DNA from: Phoronis australis
Taxonomy: Eukaryota > Animalia > Phoronida
Direction: 5' to 3'
DNA: 64,000 nt
Assembly: GCA_002633005.1 (NCBI GenBank)
Contig: NMRA01000228.1
Span: forward strand, 484,120-548,119
Part shown: positions 14,601 through 29,600 of the stretch, piece after piece
How positions within the stretch are numbered: the stretch's first letter is position 1
How the letters are laid out: each line of letters opens with the position of its first letter
Notes under the pieces: generated by a model
Told to the model about the DNA's origin: nothing
Database searches by the model: none
Seen by the model: only the letters and a program-made list of their open reading frames with translations
Translations under genes and position numbers: made by a program

Positions 14601-17600
14601 GTTGTCTCGTTTTTTAATTCTCAAATGTTGATAGTGACAAGTATGTAACAGGTGTTCAAAATAATATTGTCTCTCCAGTAAAGTCCACTTTCTTAAGTAA
14701 CAACTTCGTAAAAATGTGTAACACACAGTACATGTATCAGGATCACTAATTTTTACTTTCTGAAGAAATGAGTACTTCTAAATTTCTATGGAAAGTCCTA
14801 CACTGCAACCAATGTAATGAGCTTTCTGCAGTACATTTCAAAGCTACATAAAAGATGTCTGCCCATTTTCATCTATCAGGGAATTTTGGATAGACCATTG
14901 AAGTAATTCATTCATCATATTCTTTGTAAATGTCACTGTATTATGAATTTTATTGAAAAATGTAGATGTATGAAACAGCACCAAAGATCCAATTAATATA
15001 TCAGGATGTAAAATTTTAGAAGAACGGCCGACTAAATTCTAAAATCATTGTCTTCATAGGGTAGAAAATCTTTGAACCACTGAAATAATTTCCCAACTGG
15101 TTTAACTAGTCATTTATATAAATTCTCTTGTTCATTTCCCATTTCATGTTGCTATTACACCCTCCTATTTTTCGCATTTTGGTAAAACTATTAAAATATT
15201 TTTAAACTAGTCAGGCATGCAAAATGATTATTATTTATGAATTAAATTATTTTTCTTTTGCTTCTGGTATAAAAATACACCAACAGAAACTGATAAAGGG
15301 CTTTCTATGATATGAGTCTATGCAATTCAGTTGAGAAACGGAAAAGGTTAAAGTTTTAGAGACAGTAAATTCCATAGCAAGAACCAACCCTGGAAAGAAT
15401 GACTGCACACATGCGCCGTGCAACCTCAGCAGTGCGAGATCAAAGTTGGCATTCTTGGGTTAGAGTTCTATGGTGTGAGCAACACCAGTGACTTACAAAA
15501 TTCTAATGCCATATGGAACTACTTACCCCCCTAAAGCCCAAAATGTGCTCAGGTTAGTGCCCATGTCAGATTCCTAAGATGCTTGTAATGACAGCAATAG
15601 TAAGGGTGTCAAAATTGGAAACGAAGAACTTAAAATTTTGCAATATGCAGACGACACGTTGTTCTGTTTGAACAGCTCAAATGAGTCTTTGAAAAGCTCT
15701 CTTGATCTTCTAGACCAATTTTATAAATTTTCCAGTCTCAAACCAAATATTGAAAAGATGCATTGTGTGTGGATTGGCATAAAAAAGTTGATGCCCAAAT
15801 ATTAAACTTTCTTGGCTAATGTCACACTTCATCTTGTTGGGAATTAATTTTAGTGTCGATCTATCTCAAATTGTCAAGCTAAACAATAACGAAAAACATG
15901 ATGAAATTGAAATAGAAATGACCTTTGTCTAGAGGATCGTCAACTCCTCTTGGCAGAATTACCATAATTGTCTTTCTTGTAACCTAGGATGGTTCATTTG
16001 TTCCTTGTTTTTCAACCGCCATCAAGACAGTCAATTAAACAACTTGAATTAACATTTTGCAGCGTTGTTTGGCGTGCAAAAAATTACAGAATTCAGGGAA
16101 CTGAAACGATACAAAATTTTACACAAGTAGGTTGTAAAATGATTCACACTGAATATTTCATAAAATGACTTAAACTATTCTGGTTACACGGAGTATTTCA
16201 ACTAAATGCTTCTTGGAAAGAATTGCTGTTGGTGGTGCTTTTTACGATAAATGACGAATTTATTTTGATCTGCAACGTTTGCTTACTTTGCCTTAATTCG
16301 CGACACTGACAAGGATGAAGAGTATAATTATCAGTCAATCTGATATTCAAAATTAATTCGGCAATTGCCTTTTGTAAGTGTTGATGTAAAGATGTATTGC
16401 TCATATCTATGTTTTGCTGAACTCATTGTCTTATGCATCATTTTGTAACAGTTATGGTTCCCCTTCATCATTTATGATTTTTTATTGACTTATGCAAGCA
16501 ATTTTTCTTTTTAATGATTACAGAAATATTAAGTTTTGTGCAAGCCTTCCAATAAATCTTTATATTACTAATTAATTGAAGGCATTTACAAATAACCAAC
16601 ACTAACTGAAGCGGAGTCACAAATTAATGTGATTCATGTGAATGGTGGAGGGAACTGTATGCTTGCTCCCTTAATTTTAATGAGGATTTGAGACTTAGTT
16701 TCAGATTGTTTTCTTCATGGAATTGTCATCACAAATGACTTTCAGTGGTGTCCAAGAGTCAGATCATTCCATGTTTCGTTAGAGACATCTTTCCTGACAT
16801 TGTAACATGACAAAAACGTTCTGGTCTGCTCTAATTCAATGATTATTTCCAAATCCCAAAATGTACTTATTCTCAGATTGTTCTAAAGCTCCCTTGGCCC
16901 TCACACCCCACGACCCCCTCAACCATCGACCTAGTCTACTCAAGCTCGACTTGATCTGAACATAAAACAAGTGCTAACTTGCAGGACCAACGCCGGGCCA
17001 TGAGCTTGACTGGCTTTTCCCTGTTTTTTGCAAGAGAGTAGATTCAGAAAGTTTGAAAGCCAAAAACAGAAAAAAAAAACAATGCAACCAAATCAAATCA
17101 AAGACCTACTGACATTACAAATACCGTTCCCTGCAAAGTGTACTCATCTCGTCTGCTCTTCAGTCAATGGCAGTTTCAAGCTTTTCATGTGAGAGTGCAA
17201 GGAAACAACAAATATGTAAATAGTTTGAAAAAGAAACTGTTAAGTAAAAAGTATATCAATATTACATGCAGTATATTGTAAATGAGTATACAACAAAAAG
17301 AAAATAATAAAAATGTGAAATTATGTCCGTTCAAGTTAACGTACTCTCTCCTTAAGTTAAGTAGAAACTGGCAGCCGCTTGTGGAACTATTTCCATGACA
17401 ACAGTAGCACGCTCACAATTCGCTATTTCAGATAGTGTTCTTATGCAACTTTGTGTTTTCAACCACCACATGAGTCAGAGCAGATTTGTGTGTAAGTCTT
17501 ATGGGAACGTCATTCAGTGACGTAATATGAGTGCAGATACATGTAATGCCACAGGTCACGGGGTTGTGAGTCGTGGCGGTTATGGGTCTAGGGGGTTGTG

Positions 17601-20600
17601 AGTCGAGGGGGTCGTAGGGGTTTAGAACAATTCCTTATTATCTCAACAGATGTTTTCTTTGGTAAACTACATACTGTACTCGTCTGGGTTACGGCCCATG
17701 TTCGGCTTACCACAAACCCCCAATTTTTCATGATTGATACTTCCTTAAAAGTGTCTGTGCTTCTGTGAACATTCGTCGCACAAAATTAAGATTCTAAAAC
17801 ATGTGCAACTTGCTTACCTTTCTGTGACAATCGATCAGTTTTAGTGGAACCAGGACCTTGCCTTAATATGGCAGTAAAATACCTGTATTCTCATGCCCTT
17901 TACTGAAGGAGATGTAATTGTTGGATTTGGCTCATGCGTGGAACATGTGTCTGCATGTACTGATCTTTGAGACAGCGCTTGTCGAATGTATTTCATTTGC
18001 TGTGAAAGAACCACCAAACGATTCTTGACAGAAATTTCACGTCCGTGGCCTACCTTTCTGTGATTCCCTGTGACAGTATATGAAACACAACCAGCCTGAG
18101 CATTGATTGAAATAAGAAGACATGGTCCATTACGACAAGCCGTGTCACTGTTCCCCATCTTGGTTAAACGCATGTTTTTAAAGACTTTCACTCCTGACAC
18201 CAAAATGGAAGCGCCCAACCAAAAGCAATAGCGCAAAAAATCAACTTCGCATTAAGCGCAAAGCGAATATTCTGTCCACATCCACATGGTCAAAACTTTT
18301 GATTTGCCAGATGACTTTTTGCATGATGTTTTTTGCTTCAATATTTTGCCAGCAGACAGAGAACCAAGTGGCGTTGGCTTTGATCTCAAAAAAGAAAATA
18401 ATGTATATAAAATGTTACATTGTTCAAAGTATTCAGTAAGAAGGGCTGTCAATCATTAGCACATGTTTGGTTCAAAGTATTCAGTACCGCTGAAGAAGAC
18501 CTGTCAATCACTAGCAGGTGCTTGGTTGCCAAAGTGTCCAGGGGAAACAAAAATCTTTACACAATCAAGTGCTTCCTTAGAAATACACCCTGAACTAGCA
18601 GTCTTGTTTGATCAGTCTTTTCTCTCAAGAAACTTGCCCTACTGAACGCACGCCTACCTGTAGGAACACCTTAGTTCTAAGAGATGACGAGCAGCGACCG
18701 AGGTACATAAAAACCCAATCACGCTAGGGATCACGACACCACTGTATCGTCTGCGCTATTCCATTTCTGGCCGTTGAAGTCCATTACTTCAATACTCCGA
18801 TCTATATTTTAACTGATATGCTTGAAGTCCGAAGTCAGTGCAGCTCTGTGATGGTAAAATCGGTCCTCTGTGCAGTAAGCAACAACTCACGACTTTTCAA
18901 AAATTTCAATTTTAACCACCCATGCTCGGCTTACCACCCACCCCGTTGTCTTAGATTCCCAATTTAAGCACCCTGGGCAGTAACACAGACGAGTACGGTA
19001 GATCAGATATAACTAATGTACACAATTGTTTGGGAAAGTATCACATATTACACCTTCAATTTACTTTTAGAAAGGAATACTACCAAATCGAAAAATCTAT
19101 TGATGTCGGAAACCATGAATATGAAAATCTAGTTTAAGATGGCCGCCTTGTCTCTTCTATTTTTCTGATTCTTAGCTAATGTTACATTTAGTATCTGGTC
19201 TCTAAGTGTGATTGTGTGCGTGAGAGTGTAAAATAATCACTCTCTTATATATACATAAGTGTCAATAAAAATTACAAAGAAAAATTCTTGTAATAGAGCC
19301 AGGTCAAGTTGACAGTACAAGGAATGTTGTGTTTACCTCCTATTTCTTACTTTGCAGCTAAAAGTGCCAAAATATGATCGTGGTGTTATAGCAAACATCT
19401 AAGCCCTCACACTTAGATGTTCTTCTATTCCACTCAAACACTGCAATCATTTGGATCTCTTGGTTTCATGACATGAACACATCCACTACCACAAGAAACT
19501 GTAGGAACACCACATTTATCCACCTTCACTCTTATCAGGCTTCTTTTGAGAGTCAGCATGTGTGAATAATTGGCTGATAAGCCACCTATGGAACTACTTT
19601 TGGCTGAATGGATGACCAGGCCATAAAATGATAATTAGTCAAGACCAGTTAACTAATGCAACACAGAATAATGTGGTAGCATCACCTAGCCTTAGTGGAA
19701 AGCTGTATACTGTACTGGCTCTAATAAATGCTTTCATTTCACGGGGAGGGGACGCTTATTGTAGCCTAAGGCAGTTAAAACCCGCTTTCCGAAATGGGTA
19801 AAATCGGAAGTTAGGATTCATCGAATTTAAGCTCTGTGACGTATTTGAAGCCTATGACAGTCTTTCCACAAAATTGTGGTGCATTGCTATAAAGCTCCGT
19901 TGTTAAATTACAATCATTTTTCAAAAAATTGTTCTGAAATCCTAGGGCGAAAACTTGCCAACTGATACGTCGCTGAATCGCGAACGTCAATAGGAAAACT
20001 TGAATTTTTGAATAAAAATACAGTTTCGACTCAACAAATTACCTGAAATCTTCCTTATGTTTTACAATTTTTAAAGTTCATGTGAAGTCCAGATTAATTG
20101 CGATTAAGTCCAACTCTCCGCTACATCGTACCCCACAACACGAGAAAAATCTCTGGATGAACACACATGTTGTTGTCACGTGAAGTTTGTTTTGAAGTTC
20201 GTCTGCGTATGAGAGTGAGTGCGCGTGCGGGTCATCGACGACAGACTTTTTTGTTACAAAAGGAAGATTATGCAAGAAAATGGCATTTGAGAGAGAGAGA
20301 GAGAGGTTGTTTATTGCACTTGGAGCTAAGCTCATTTGTACATATTACATTGCAACATTTGGTATAGGTGGCAATTTCACGTCCGGGTATTCAATACATA
20401 TATACATATTTACACGTTACAATGTTAGAGTTTCCTGTCTAATACCATAAGCCTTTAATATAAATAAGGATAGTCTTTTCAAAAGATTTCCAGAGTTTGT
20501 TTTGAATAAGTATTTGACGTTTTCGATGTCTGTATGCTGTCGGGATATTTCTGGTAAAAAATTCTTTCTAATGTCGTTAAATACGGGGCAGTTAAGTAAT

Positions 20601-23600
20601 AAGTGTATTTCGTCTTCAATTTCTGAACGGTTGCAAATTTCGCAAAGTCTATCTTCCTTTGGAATGTCATGGTGCCTACCAGTTTCTATTTTCAGTTGGT
20701 GTCCAGAGCACCTGAATTTGGCTAAAATTCTACGTAGAGTTGGTGGTAGACTGTAAAGATATTCTTCACAAGATAAATCTGTTTTGATAATAGAGTAAAA
20801 TGAGCACTTGCTAGAGCTCTGCACTGATGTCCTCCATTCTTGGGCACCACAATCCAACAATCTTTGCTTAAATTCTGATATAAATAAATCAAAGTTACCC
20901 GGTCCACTTATCCATACCTCCCCAAACCCGTATCTGAACAAAATATCTTTAACTGCACTGGCCCAATTTGCTCGTCCTTTTTCACAGTCTTCCCGCAGCA
21001 TCCTGTAACTTTTCTTTGGGTATCTGGGGTTATTCATCTGTAGAATTTTGGTCCAGTAGATTATTGGTCTGCACAAGTATTTCACAGATAATAAATGCCT
21101 GCCGCATTCTCCTCTGGCCATAACGTTACTTGTTTTCTTTGGGACACCAGCAACCCATTTACAGAAATCATTGTGAACACTTTCTATGTCTTTCGAATAT
21201 ACTGTACCCCATATCTCAGCACCATATAACAATATAGGAGCTACCATACTATCAAACAATTTAAAACATACATGCGGGGATTTACAATTCACTTAAGTTA
21301 AACATGCTTTTAACATGTTCATTGCTTTTCTAGCTTGTAAAGCTGATATTCTACAATTTTCATTCCATTTTAATCTGCAAGAAAATGTCACACCAAGGTA
21401 CTTGTAATAAGATTTCGTTTCTACCTATTTCTTATTGTAGAACCACCGTTCTTGGCATTTACTAGATTGTTTTTCACTAAAACAGCTGCAATGTGCAAGG
21501 TGAGTGCCGGTTAACTCACAGATTTTGTGTGCACAGGCCGACGGTCGTTAGCTCTACCGTGGAGTAAAACATTAATAGTCCAAGGCTCGATCTACATGTT
21601 GTGGATGAGGTGACTAAGTGAACTACCCAGGCTGTGTGAAATTTCTGGGTCTAATGGAGACCCTGACGCAGTGGTCAGCCAGCTTGCTGTATCAAGACTA
21701 TAGTCAAAATCCAAATTCATTTTGTCGTGTTCCTGTCAATAATAATGGCATGCTAAATTTTCTTAATGTTTGTAATTCAGGAACATAACATCACGTGTTT
21801 TGTACACATACGCGCACGCCGCAGATCACATCTCGGAAATTTCCGATTTGACGGATGACAATGAATGAGCACAATGAAATTAAACGTCGTTTTATAGCTT
21901 GTAAGATTCATAATAAACGTATTTTGAATATTGCGATGCATGTGTTCCAAAATCTAAATAACTTGGGTCCTACATTTTTGTATTTGTTTGCGCCGAATGA
22001 AAGTAATCGTGAGTGTTGCTGTGTTGCAAAATCTCTTATCCTCGGCCGATTTGAAAAATTCAAAGTTGTACTCGTATTTGTTTTCGCTCCTTTCAAATAT
22101 TACAGTAAAAATTACGTAAAACTCTCTCCATAAAAAGTACAGTCTGCTACGCTAGATTGTAATCAGCTGATCATATCCGTATGAGTGAAGCCAATTATCC
22201 TCGCTCGTGACTCGATGAATAGAGCAGCTTGGCGGCATCCCTTTGATCGTGAGCCGAGCGCGACTCAGCCAAGGTGAATAAATATGGTCTAGTTCAATCT
22301 GCCAACCCCCCCCATTTACCCTGATAGGCGGGGTTTGGGCCAATCTTATTTAGTGGGAATGTTTATAGCATGTTTTGCTATGCCCATCATGTGTCCATGA
22401 CTTTTTCTCATAGTTTGCACGATTTAATTTAGAGTCCAACAGTTTGTGTGTACCCTTAGAATCTTAAAACATTTGCATCTATATCAAAACAATAACTCAT
22501 ACATGCTATAAACATTCCCACTAAATAAGATTGGTCCTAACCCCGCTTGTCAAGGTAAACGGTGGGGTTTGGAAAATTGAACTAGACCGCATTTATCCAC
22601 CTTGGTCGAGTCGCGCTCGGCTCACGATCAAAGGGATGCCGCCAAGCTGCTCTATTATCGAGTCACGAGCGAGGATAATTGGCTTCGCTCATGCGGATAT
22701 GATCAGTCGGCAAGTTTTCGCCGTGATGAGCACAATTTTTTGAAAAATTATCGTAATTTAACAACGGAAGTTGATAGCAATGCACAACAATTTTGTAGAA
22801 AGACTGTCATAGGCTACAAATACGTCACAGAGCGTAAATTTGATGAATCCTAGCTTCCGATTTTACCCGTTTGGGAAACTGGGTTTCAACTGCCGTAGGC
22901 TACAATAAGTGTCCCCTCCCTGTGAGATGAATTTTTCTAAGCATTTATTAGAGCCAATACAGTATACAGCTTTCCACTAAGGCTAGGTGATGCTACCACA
23001 TTATTCTTTGTTGCATTAGTCAACTGGTCTTGACTAATTATCATTTTATGGCCTGGTCATCCATTCAGTCAAAAGTAGTTCCAGAGGTGGCTAATCAGCC
23101 AATTATTCACGCATGCTGACTCACAATAGAAGCCTGATAAGAGTGATGGTGGATAAATGTGGTGTTCCTACAGTTTCTTGTGGTAGTGGATGCGTTCATG
23201 ACATGTAATTCTATGATTTACTAGAAACATTTATTTAATTTAGAGTCCCGCTTCTTGTTGCATTTACAGGGCCATTGTCATTTTCACAACCACAACATAC
23301 CTTATTGGATTATGGGATAAACTTTTTGAAGTTATTAGCTTTGACCAGAGCTATAAAACCACAAAATCCAGTTTTGTGACTTTATTACAGAATGCCAATT
23401 CTAGACATTGTCTGCCAGAATTTGCGTGTTGCTTTACCAGTGAAATGTGCTTAAGATGTTCCATCTACTACATTGACTTAATTAGGAGAACACTTTTATT
23501 GTTTGAGATGACTTAATTAGGAGAACAGCTTTATTGTCTGAGATTAAGAGGTTATGGTGCTTGATAAACTGGATCACAAGGGCAAACGACCAGTTTCATA

Positions 23601-26600
23601 AGTATGTACATTGTTTACAATGGGACATGCCACATTTCAAATACTTGCCATGCATTACACTGCAATCCAATACTCCATGCTCATGGAGGGTGGCACCAAT
23701 GCAAAATGTTAAGCAGGGCAATTTGGCCACTTGGCCTATTGTTCATTCTAACAAAGGTTCTTTATGTAGAAGTGTGATAATTAGCCAATATGTGGAATAT
23801 GCCTATGGATTATCCTACCATTTAGCTGAGCAGTGGTATGCAGTAAAGCATTTTTGAAGATGGGATGAAAACCACAAATTTTGATGTATGAATCAATTTT
23901 ATCTTTTCACAAAAATGTAAATCAAGAATCAAAGGAAAAGGCATGCAAAATTGCAAAATTTTAAAACAGTAAAAATACAAAGCTCAGTGTTAATGCTTAA
24001 GGCATTCAACTCTACTGGTAGTATTATGAGAATTACATTAACAAAACCTGACTAGAGTGATCAATACATACATCTGATCAATAGTGCCGTTCCTACACAA
24101 AAATTGCCTGAAATAATCCCAAAGTTAGCGTCAACTTTCATTGGAAACATTTTTGAACTGGAATAAAAATTTACCAGGATTCTGAGTTTCACCAAACAAC
24201 ACAAGCTAAATAGTCGGGAAAATTTATTTGTGAGGAAACTTTGTTATTCAATTAAAATTCCAAGACAGACTGCTCTGGACTAATGACATTACTGCAGACT
24301 ACCTCACAATATTAATTCAGTTAACTAAAACTCATGTTATCAGTATCACAGGTGCCTTTTCAAAGCCTGACATGGGCAACAGAACTTGCTGGGATTCGTA
24401 ATTCTGTGGGGACACAACTGATTGTAGGAAACAATTCATGTAACAAGATTCCTGTGAAATTTCTCGTATTCTGAAACACAAGGGAACCCTACTAATGGGA
24501 CCGCTTACTTGACCACAAAGTGTACTTTTGCTGATGATTCCTCTAAACTAGGGCATGTGTAATTGCAGGAACTCAGGACAGATTTATTGAGCACATAATA
24601 GAATGAAAAGACATCACAGGACAAGGTGAAAACAAAATTTGATAACGTTCTTCAACAAAAAAATCTTGACTTTAAAGACTGATCTCCAAAAAACAATCAG
24701 GTCTTGGAATGACCAATGACAAAAAACGCGGAAACTTTTACGGCCCAAAACATGCGCGCTATTCAGCCTTGAAATAGTCGATGTGCACCTTTCGCCGACA
24801 AAATTCAGTAGGATTAAAAAAAAAAAGTTACCACCATCAGTAGCATGCGTCTGCGTCTATTTATCTCGTCCATCCACTCCTCCACTCCCACCCCCACACA
24901 TTTTTGGCTGTAGAGCCGTAGTATTTGTCACCGCGGTTTACACTCACATGAGACGCCATTAAAAATCCCACCATGCTATCCCAGATGCCCCGGCAATGTT
25001 GACAATTTACGTTCCTCCGAAACATAAAGAGCAACTTCCACTTTTCGAAGTGAACATCGTCGGCAACGCCGCGGTAAGAAAGGAATTTGCCGCGGAAATT
25101 TTATATCAAATCCGATTTTTTTACGCGGAAATATAATAAAATGCGCGGACAGAACACTTGAAAAAAGCGGAAATCAGCGTTTCCGCGGAAAATTTCAAGC
25201 CCTGAATAATGGCACACGGTTGAGAAAAAAAATTCAAGGCTTAAATGACCAGTTGTTAATAAATACTAATTAATGCATCCATTCACAACTTTTCATTTTG
25301 AGTATTCTTTTAACTTATTGATACAACATTGAACTTGTAAAGCATGTAGCCTGATCAGACAGTCACGATTATTGTACTTGTATGCTCAATGCAATGACAA
25401 TATACAGACATATATGATTTAGCATCAGAAAAAACAAGTTGAACAGCAACATTGGAGAGACACATCTAGTTTTCCAGTATAAGTCCCTCCAGATGGTGTC
25501 CATTTCTCTCCACCTCAAACTACAATTTCAGGTCATAATATGCTTTAGCTGTAAGTAGTCTAGGTGAAAGCACACTATTTCTCTTGTATTTTCATGATGC
25601 TTTTTCAGCATCACCACCATCTTCATCCTCAAAGTTTGATGAAGTCCAAAGCTGAAACATGCATAGAAAGCTTTCAGATAAACTGATTAGCTTAAAAAAA
25701 AGAATTACGGTAAGCAAATGGAAAACATAATGGTCAATTTATAACATCATTGTTTCTTCATGGATAAAAAAATCTGATTTGAAAAAATATACATTATAGC
25801 TCACTAAATAAAAAATAATTGCAGGTGGTCTGGTACACGTTGTTAACACTGTGCTGGTGTTGGGGATGGTAGATTATGAACTACTAGCTGCTACCAGTAG
25901 TTCAGGTCGTTGGAAAATCGTCAGCTCTCCTATTCACATTAGGGACATACATGCCAATTTTCACAATTATCCGTAGAGTGGTTTGGTTGACAGAGAGGCA
26001 GAGGCCAAAAAAAACCTCAAAAACAGTAAAAACAGCAACGTGGAGCTTTGAAATGTGCCTGCGAATGCATCGCAAATGGTGTGCTTTTAGGGTTGTTTAT
26101 TTGTATCATCAAAATGGCCACTAGATGGCGCAAAATACATCAAATCCATCTGAAAACGAAAGGACAGCGTCACCTCATTAATAGATGCATACTGTATTCG
26201 CCATAATAACCGCCCAAGGTGCTTAGAAAAGTTCATTTCAGGGGGGCGCTTATTATAACCCAAGGCCGTTGAAACCCGGTGAAACCGGGTGAAATCGGAA
26301 GCTAAGATTCATCATATTTACGCTCTGTGACGTATCTGTAATCTATGAAAAACTTTCTACAAAACCGTGGTGCATTGCTATCAAACTTTGCTGCTAAATT
26401 ACGACCATTTTACAGAAAATTGTGCTGAAATCACAGGGTGAAAAGTCGCCGACTGCCTGCCTCGCAATCGTCGATATAAAGACTTGAATGCTTGAATAAA
26501 AATACAGTTTCGACTCAAGCAAATTACCTGAAATCCACCTTAAGTTTCCAAGTAGCGTCCCTAAGATTTTTAAGTACCCATGGAGTCGGGATCACGGCAG

Positions 26601-29600
26601 GTTTAAGTACAAATGTGTGCTACATCGTGCCATCTACATGTATGATCGGCAACANNNNNNNNNNNNNNNNNNNNNNNNNNNNNNNNNNNNNNNNNNNNNN
26701 NNNNNNNNNNNNNNNNNNNNNNNNNNNNNNNNNNNNNNNNNNNNNNNNNNNNNNNNNNNNNNNNNNNNNNNNNNNNNNNNNNNNNNNNNNNNNNNNNNNN
26801 NNNNNNNNNNNNNNNNNNNNNNNNNNNNNNNNNNNNNNNNNNNNNNNNNNNNNNNNNNNNNNNNNNNNNNNNNNNNNNNNNNNNNNNNNNNNNNNNNNNN
26901 NNNNNNNNNNNNNNNNNNNNNNNNNNNNNNNNNNNNNNNNNNNNNNNNNNNNNNNNNNNNNNNNNNNNNNNNNNNNNNNNNNNNNNNNNNNNNNNNNNNN
27001 NNNNNNNNNNNNNNNNNNNNNNNNNNNNNNNNNNNNNNNNNNNNNNNNNNNNNNNNNNNNNNNNNNNNNNNNNNNNNNNNNNNNNNNNNNNNNNNNNNNN
27101 NNNNNNNNNNNNNNNNNNNNNNNNNNNNNNNNNNNNNNNNNNNNNNNNNNNNNNNNNNNNNNNNNNNNNNNNNNNNNNNNNNNNNNNNNNNNNNNNNNNN
27201 NNNNNNNNNNNNNNNNNNNNNNNNNNNNNNNNNNNNNNNNNNNNNNNNNNNNNNNNNNNNNNNNNNNNNNNNNNNNNNNNNNNNNNNNNNNNNNNNNNNN
27301 NNNNNNNNNNNNNNNNNNNNNNNNNNNNNNNNNNNNNNNNNNNNNNNNNNNNNNNNNNNNNNNNNNNNNNNNNNNNNNNNNNNNNNNNNNNNTTTTATTT
27401 CTGCTGCCGTCCCCCCCCTCCCACACGGATTTTACTGGAACAGCCCTTAATCAAACAATTCATCTTAAAAATAACGCAAACATTTTTTATAGTATTAGAA
27501 ACTGTCAGAAATTAGTGCCAATATTCATTTCTTGCCGATGCTATGCTACCTGTTTCATGAATGGATAGTTCCCGACATGTCTTTGATGACAGGTTCCTGT
27601 ATGTAGCCCGTGCTTCCTGGCCACGTGCTTTTAACACTGGCCAAGCTTTTTATTAGTCTTCGATTTGCGGTTTTCACGAGTAGGCCTACCAAGAAATTTT
27701 GGATTCCTGTTGAAAGCGGGAAATATCTACAAAACAATCCCGTAGACAAGTACACTACTTCTGTTCTGAAAGGCCAGACCATAGGTCCTCGCAATATCAG
27801 CAGAACTTTTGTGTTCGTTTTGAGGCATGGCGGAACTTTGAAGTGTATAGTCACGGCTAAATACCGACATAGTGGCGAGGCTCGTGGTCTACAAATTGTG
27901 CGCACAATGTTTTTTTTCAGGACTGTAAGATATTATTGATAAATTGAAGACGTTACTGTAGAATTTTAGGACTGTAGGTATGGCATTTTTTCCGCGTACA
28001 CGTTCATGGACTGGGCGCTTATTTTAGCAAAGTCTGAAAATGCGTGGGGGGCGCTTATAGGGGCATGGGCGGTTGTTACAGCGAATACGGTATGTGCCAT
28101 AAAAATTAACTTTAGGCAGTGATTTTGGTTCAAAATAAGAGAAGAATTACCAAATGACTCAACAACTGGCAAAACACTACAGAGTGCAATTTTTGGCTAA
28201 CTAATAAGCTAGGACACAAAACGATGTGAAAGAATTTTGATGAACTACAGAACAAATTTCAAATTCAACTTGATCTGAATAAAGCATATTTTTCATACAA
28301 AATACAGAGCTTTCCATACTTCTGTACTTTCAATGGAAATCTGTAAAAGATATGGACAATCCATACTAGCAGACATCTCTGTTTTCAATGAATTAAGCAA
28401 TAAGTATATACTTACACTTAGGTTGTCCCGAAGAAGTTGCATTATCAAGGTGCTATCTTTAAACGACACGTCTTCCATATCTCCAACGTTATTCAGAGCT
28501 TGTAGGGCATCATCAAACGCCTAAGGATATTAAAACAAAGGGAAATTAACAATCTGTAGATAGTTTGGATGAGCATTAAAGTTAACAAAGATGGTGCAAT
28601 CTCCACTGCCCCAATGATTTCTGGAGTGTCAAAGTCAGAGAATGGAATAATTCGACAAAAGGCTTGGAGCGAAGGTTTTTCACTTAGTCATAAGCTGAGT
28701 TAACAGGAAATCTTCCGTGCAGAATATTTGCTAGACATTGTTAGAGCATTACCAGATCATTTGGGAAAGTGTAAAACAAAGTCCCATAGTGAAAGAATAT
28801 ACAACCAGGAACGAAAAGGAAACCACGCTGATTGCAACACAAGGTTTTACTGGTTGGGGCATATGGTGCATATGTTTGCTTAGTATGGAAGTCACATTTA
28901 AACCAGTAATAGAAACTGTGGACTTCCGAAGTAATGTTCTGCCTCTTAAAGAGATCCAATTATAAACTTAAATCCTTCATAATTAAAAACTTTAAAAAAT
29001 TGCCACAAGAGGCAGTTGATTTGTGGTGTTCTGAGAGTCGTCCACATTGACAGCTAAGATTTTATTACAGAGTAATAACATTGTCGAAGTCCCAAATTTT
29101 CCCCAATATCATGGATGTGCTGGTGTGTCTCTAGAATATACTATAATGATATTGAGTAATATCGAAACGTCGATATGAAACACAGCATCTTGTTTTTATT
29201 ATTTAATGTTGTACTCGCCATCTGACCAAGAACTGATATATATTATCTACATTCTCAATTGTAGTACATAACAAAAGCAATCGGACAGAATAGTATTTCC
29301 TCTTCAGTAGCCAAAATGACTGACAATAAGAACTGATGTGGCATAATTCTAAATCCAGAATGATTTAGTCACAGTACTATCTTGTGGATTCCCCTTCATT
29401 CTTGGTCATGAGGGAAAACTATTCTGATGACAAATCAAGGGCATTTTGTTTCAATACGTGTATTGAATGTTTGGGTTGTATGTCAGCTCTCAATTCATCA
29501 TGTATAAGATATCCAAATAAAACATGCCTTCAACCTTAAATGTATTTAAATAAGAAAAGACAACTAGCTGGAGCAGCTTACGCCTGTGATACCAGTTACT

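Larger units (their letters stand above)
15598..19285 (+). mobile_element. Degenerate L1/Tx1-like non-LTR retrotransposon ORF2 remnant, interrupted by later insertions
   Basis: From 15602 the frame reads [59 protein letters not shown] (YADD RT motif). Frameshifted remnants follow, with AATAAA and an A-rich end near 19264-19285. The 3' extent is approximate. Confidence 0.75.
19476..23196. repeat. Long inverted repeat (arms about 19476-19970 and 22705-23196) flanked by the 9-bp direct repeat CATGACATG
   Basis: The arms are reverse complements over about 500 bp with scattered mismatches. CATGACATG sits at 19467-19475 and 23197-23205. Confidence 0.85.

Noticed and set aside
26492-27568. Long ORFs spanning N runs (also 51642-52292)
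   Set aside because: Artefacts of assembly gaps.
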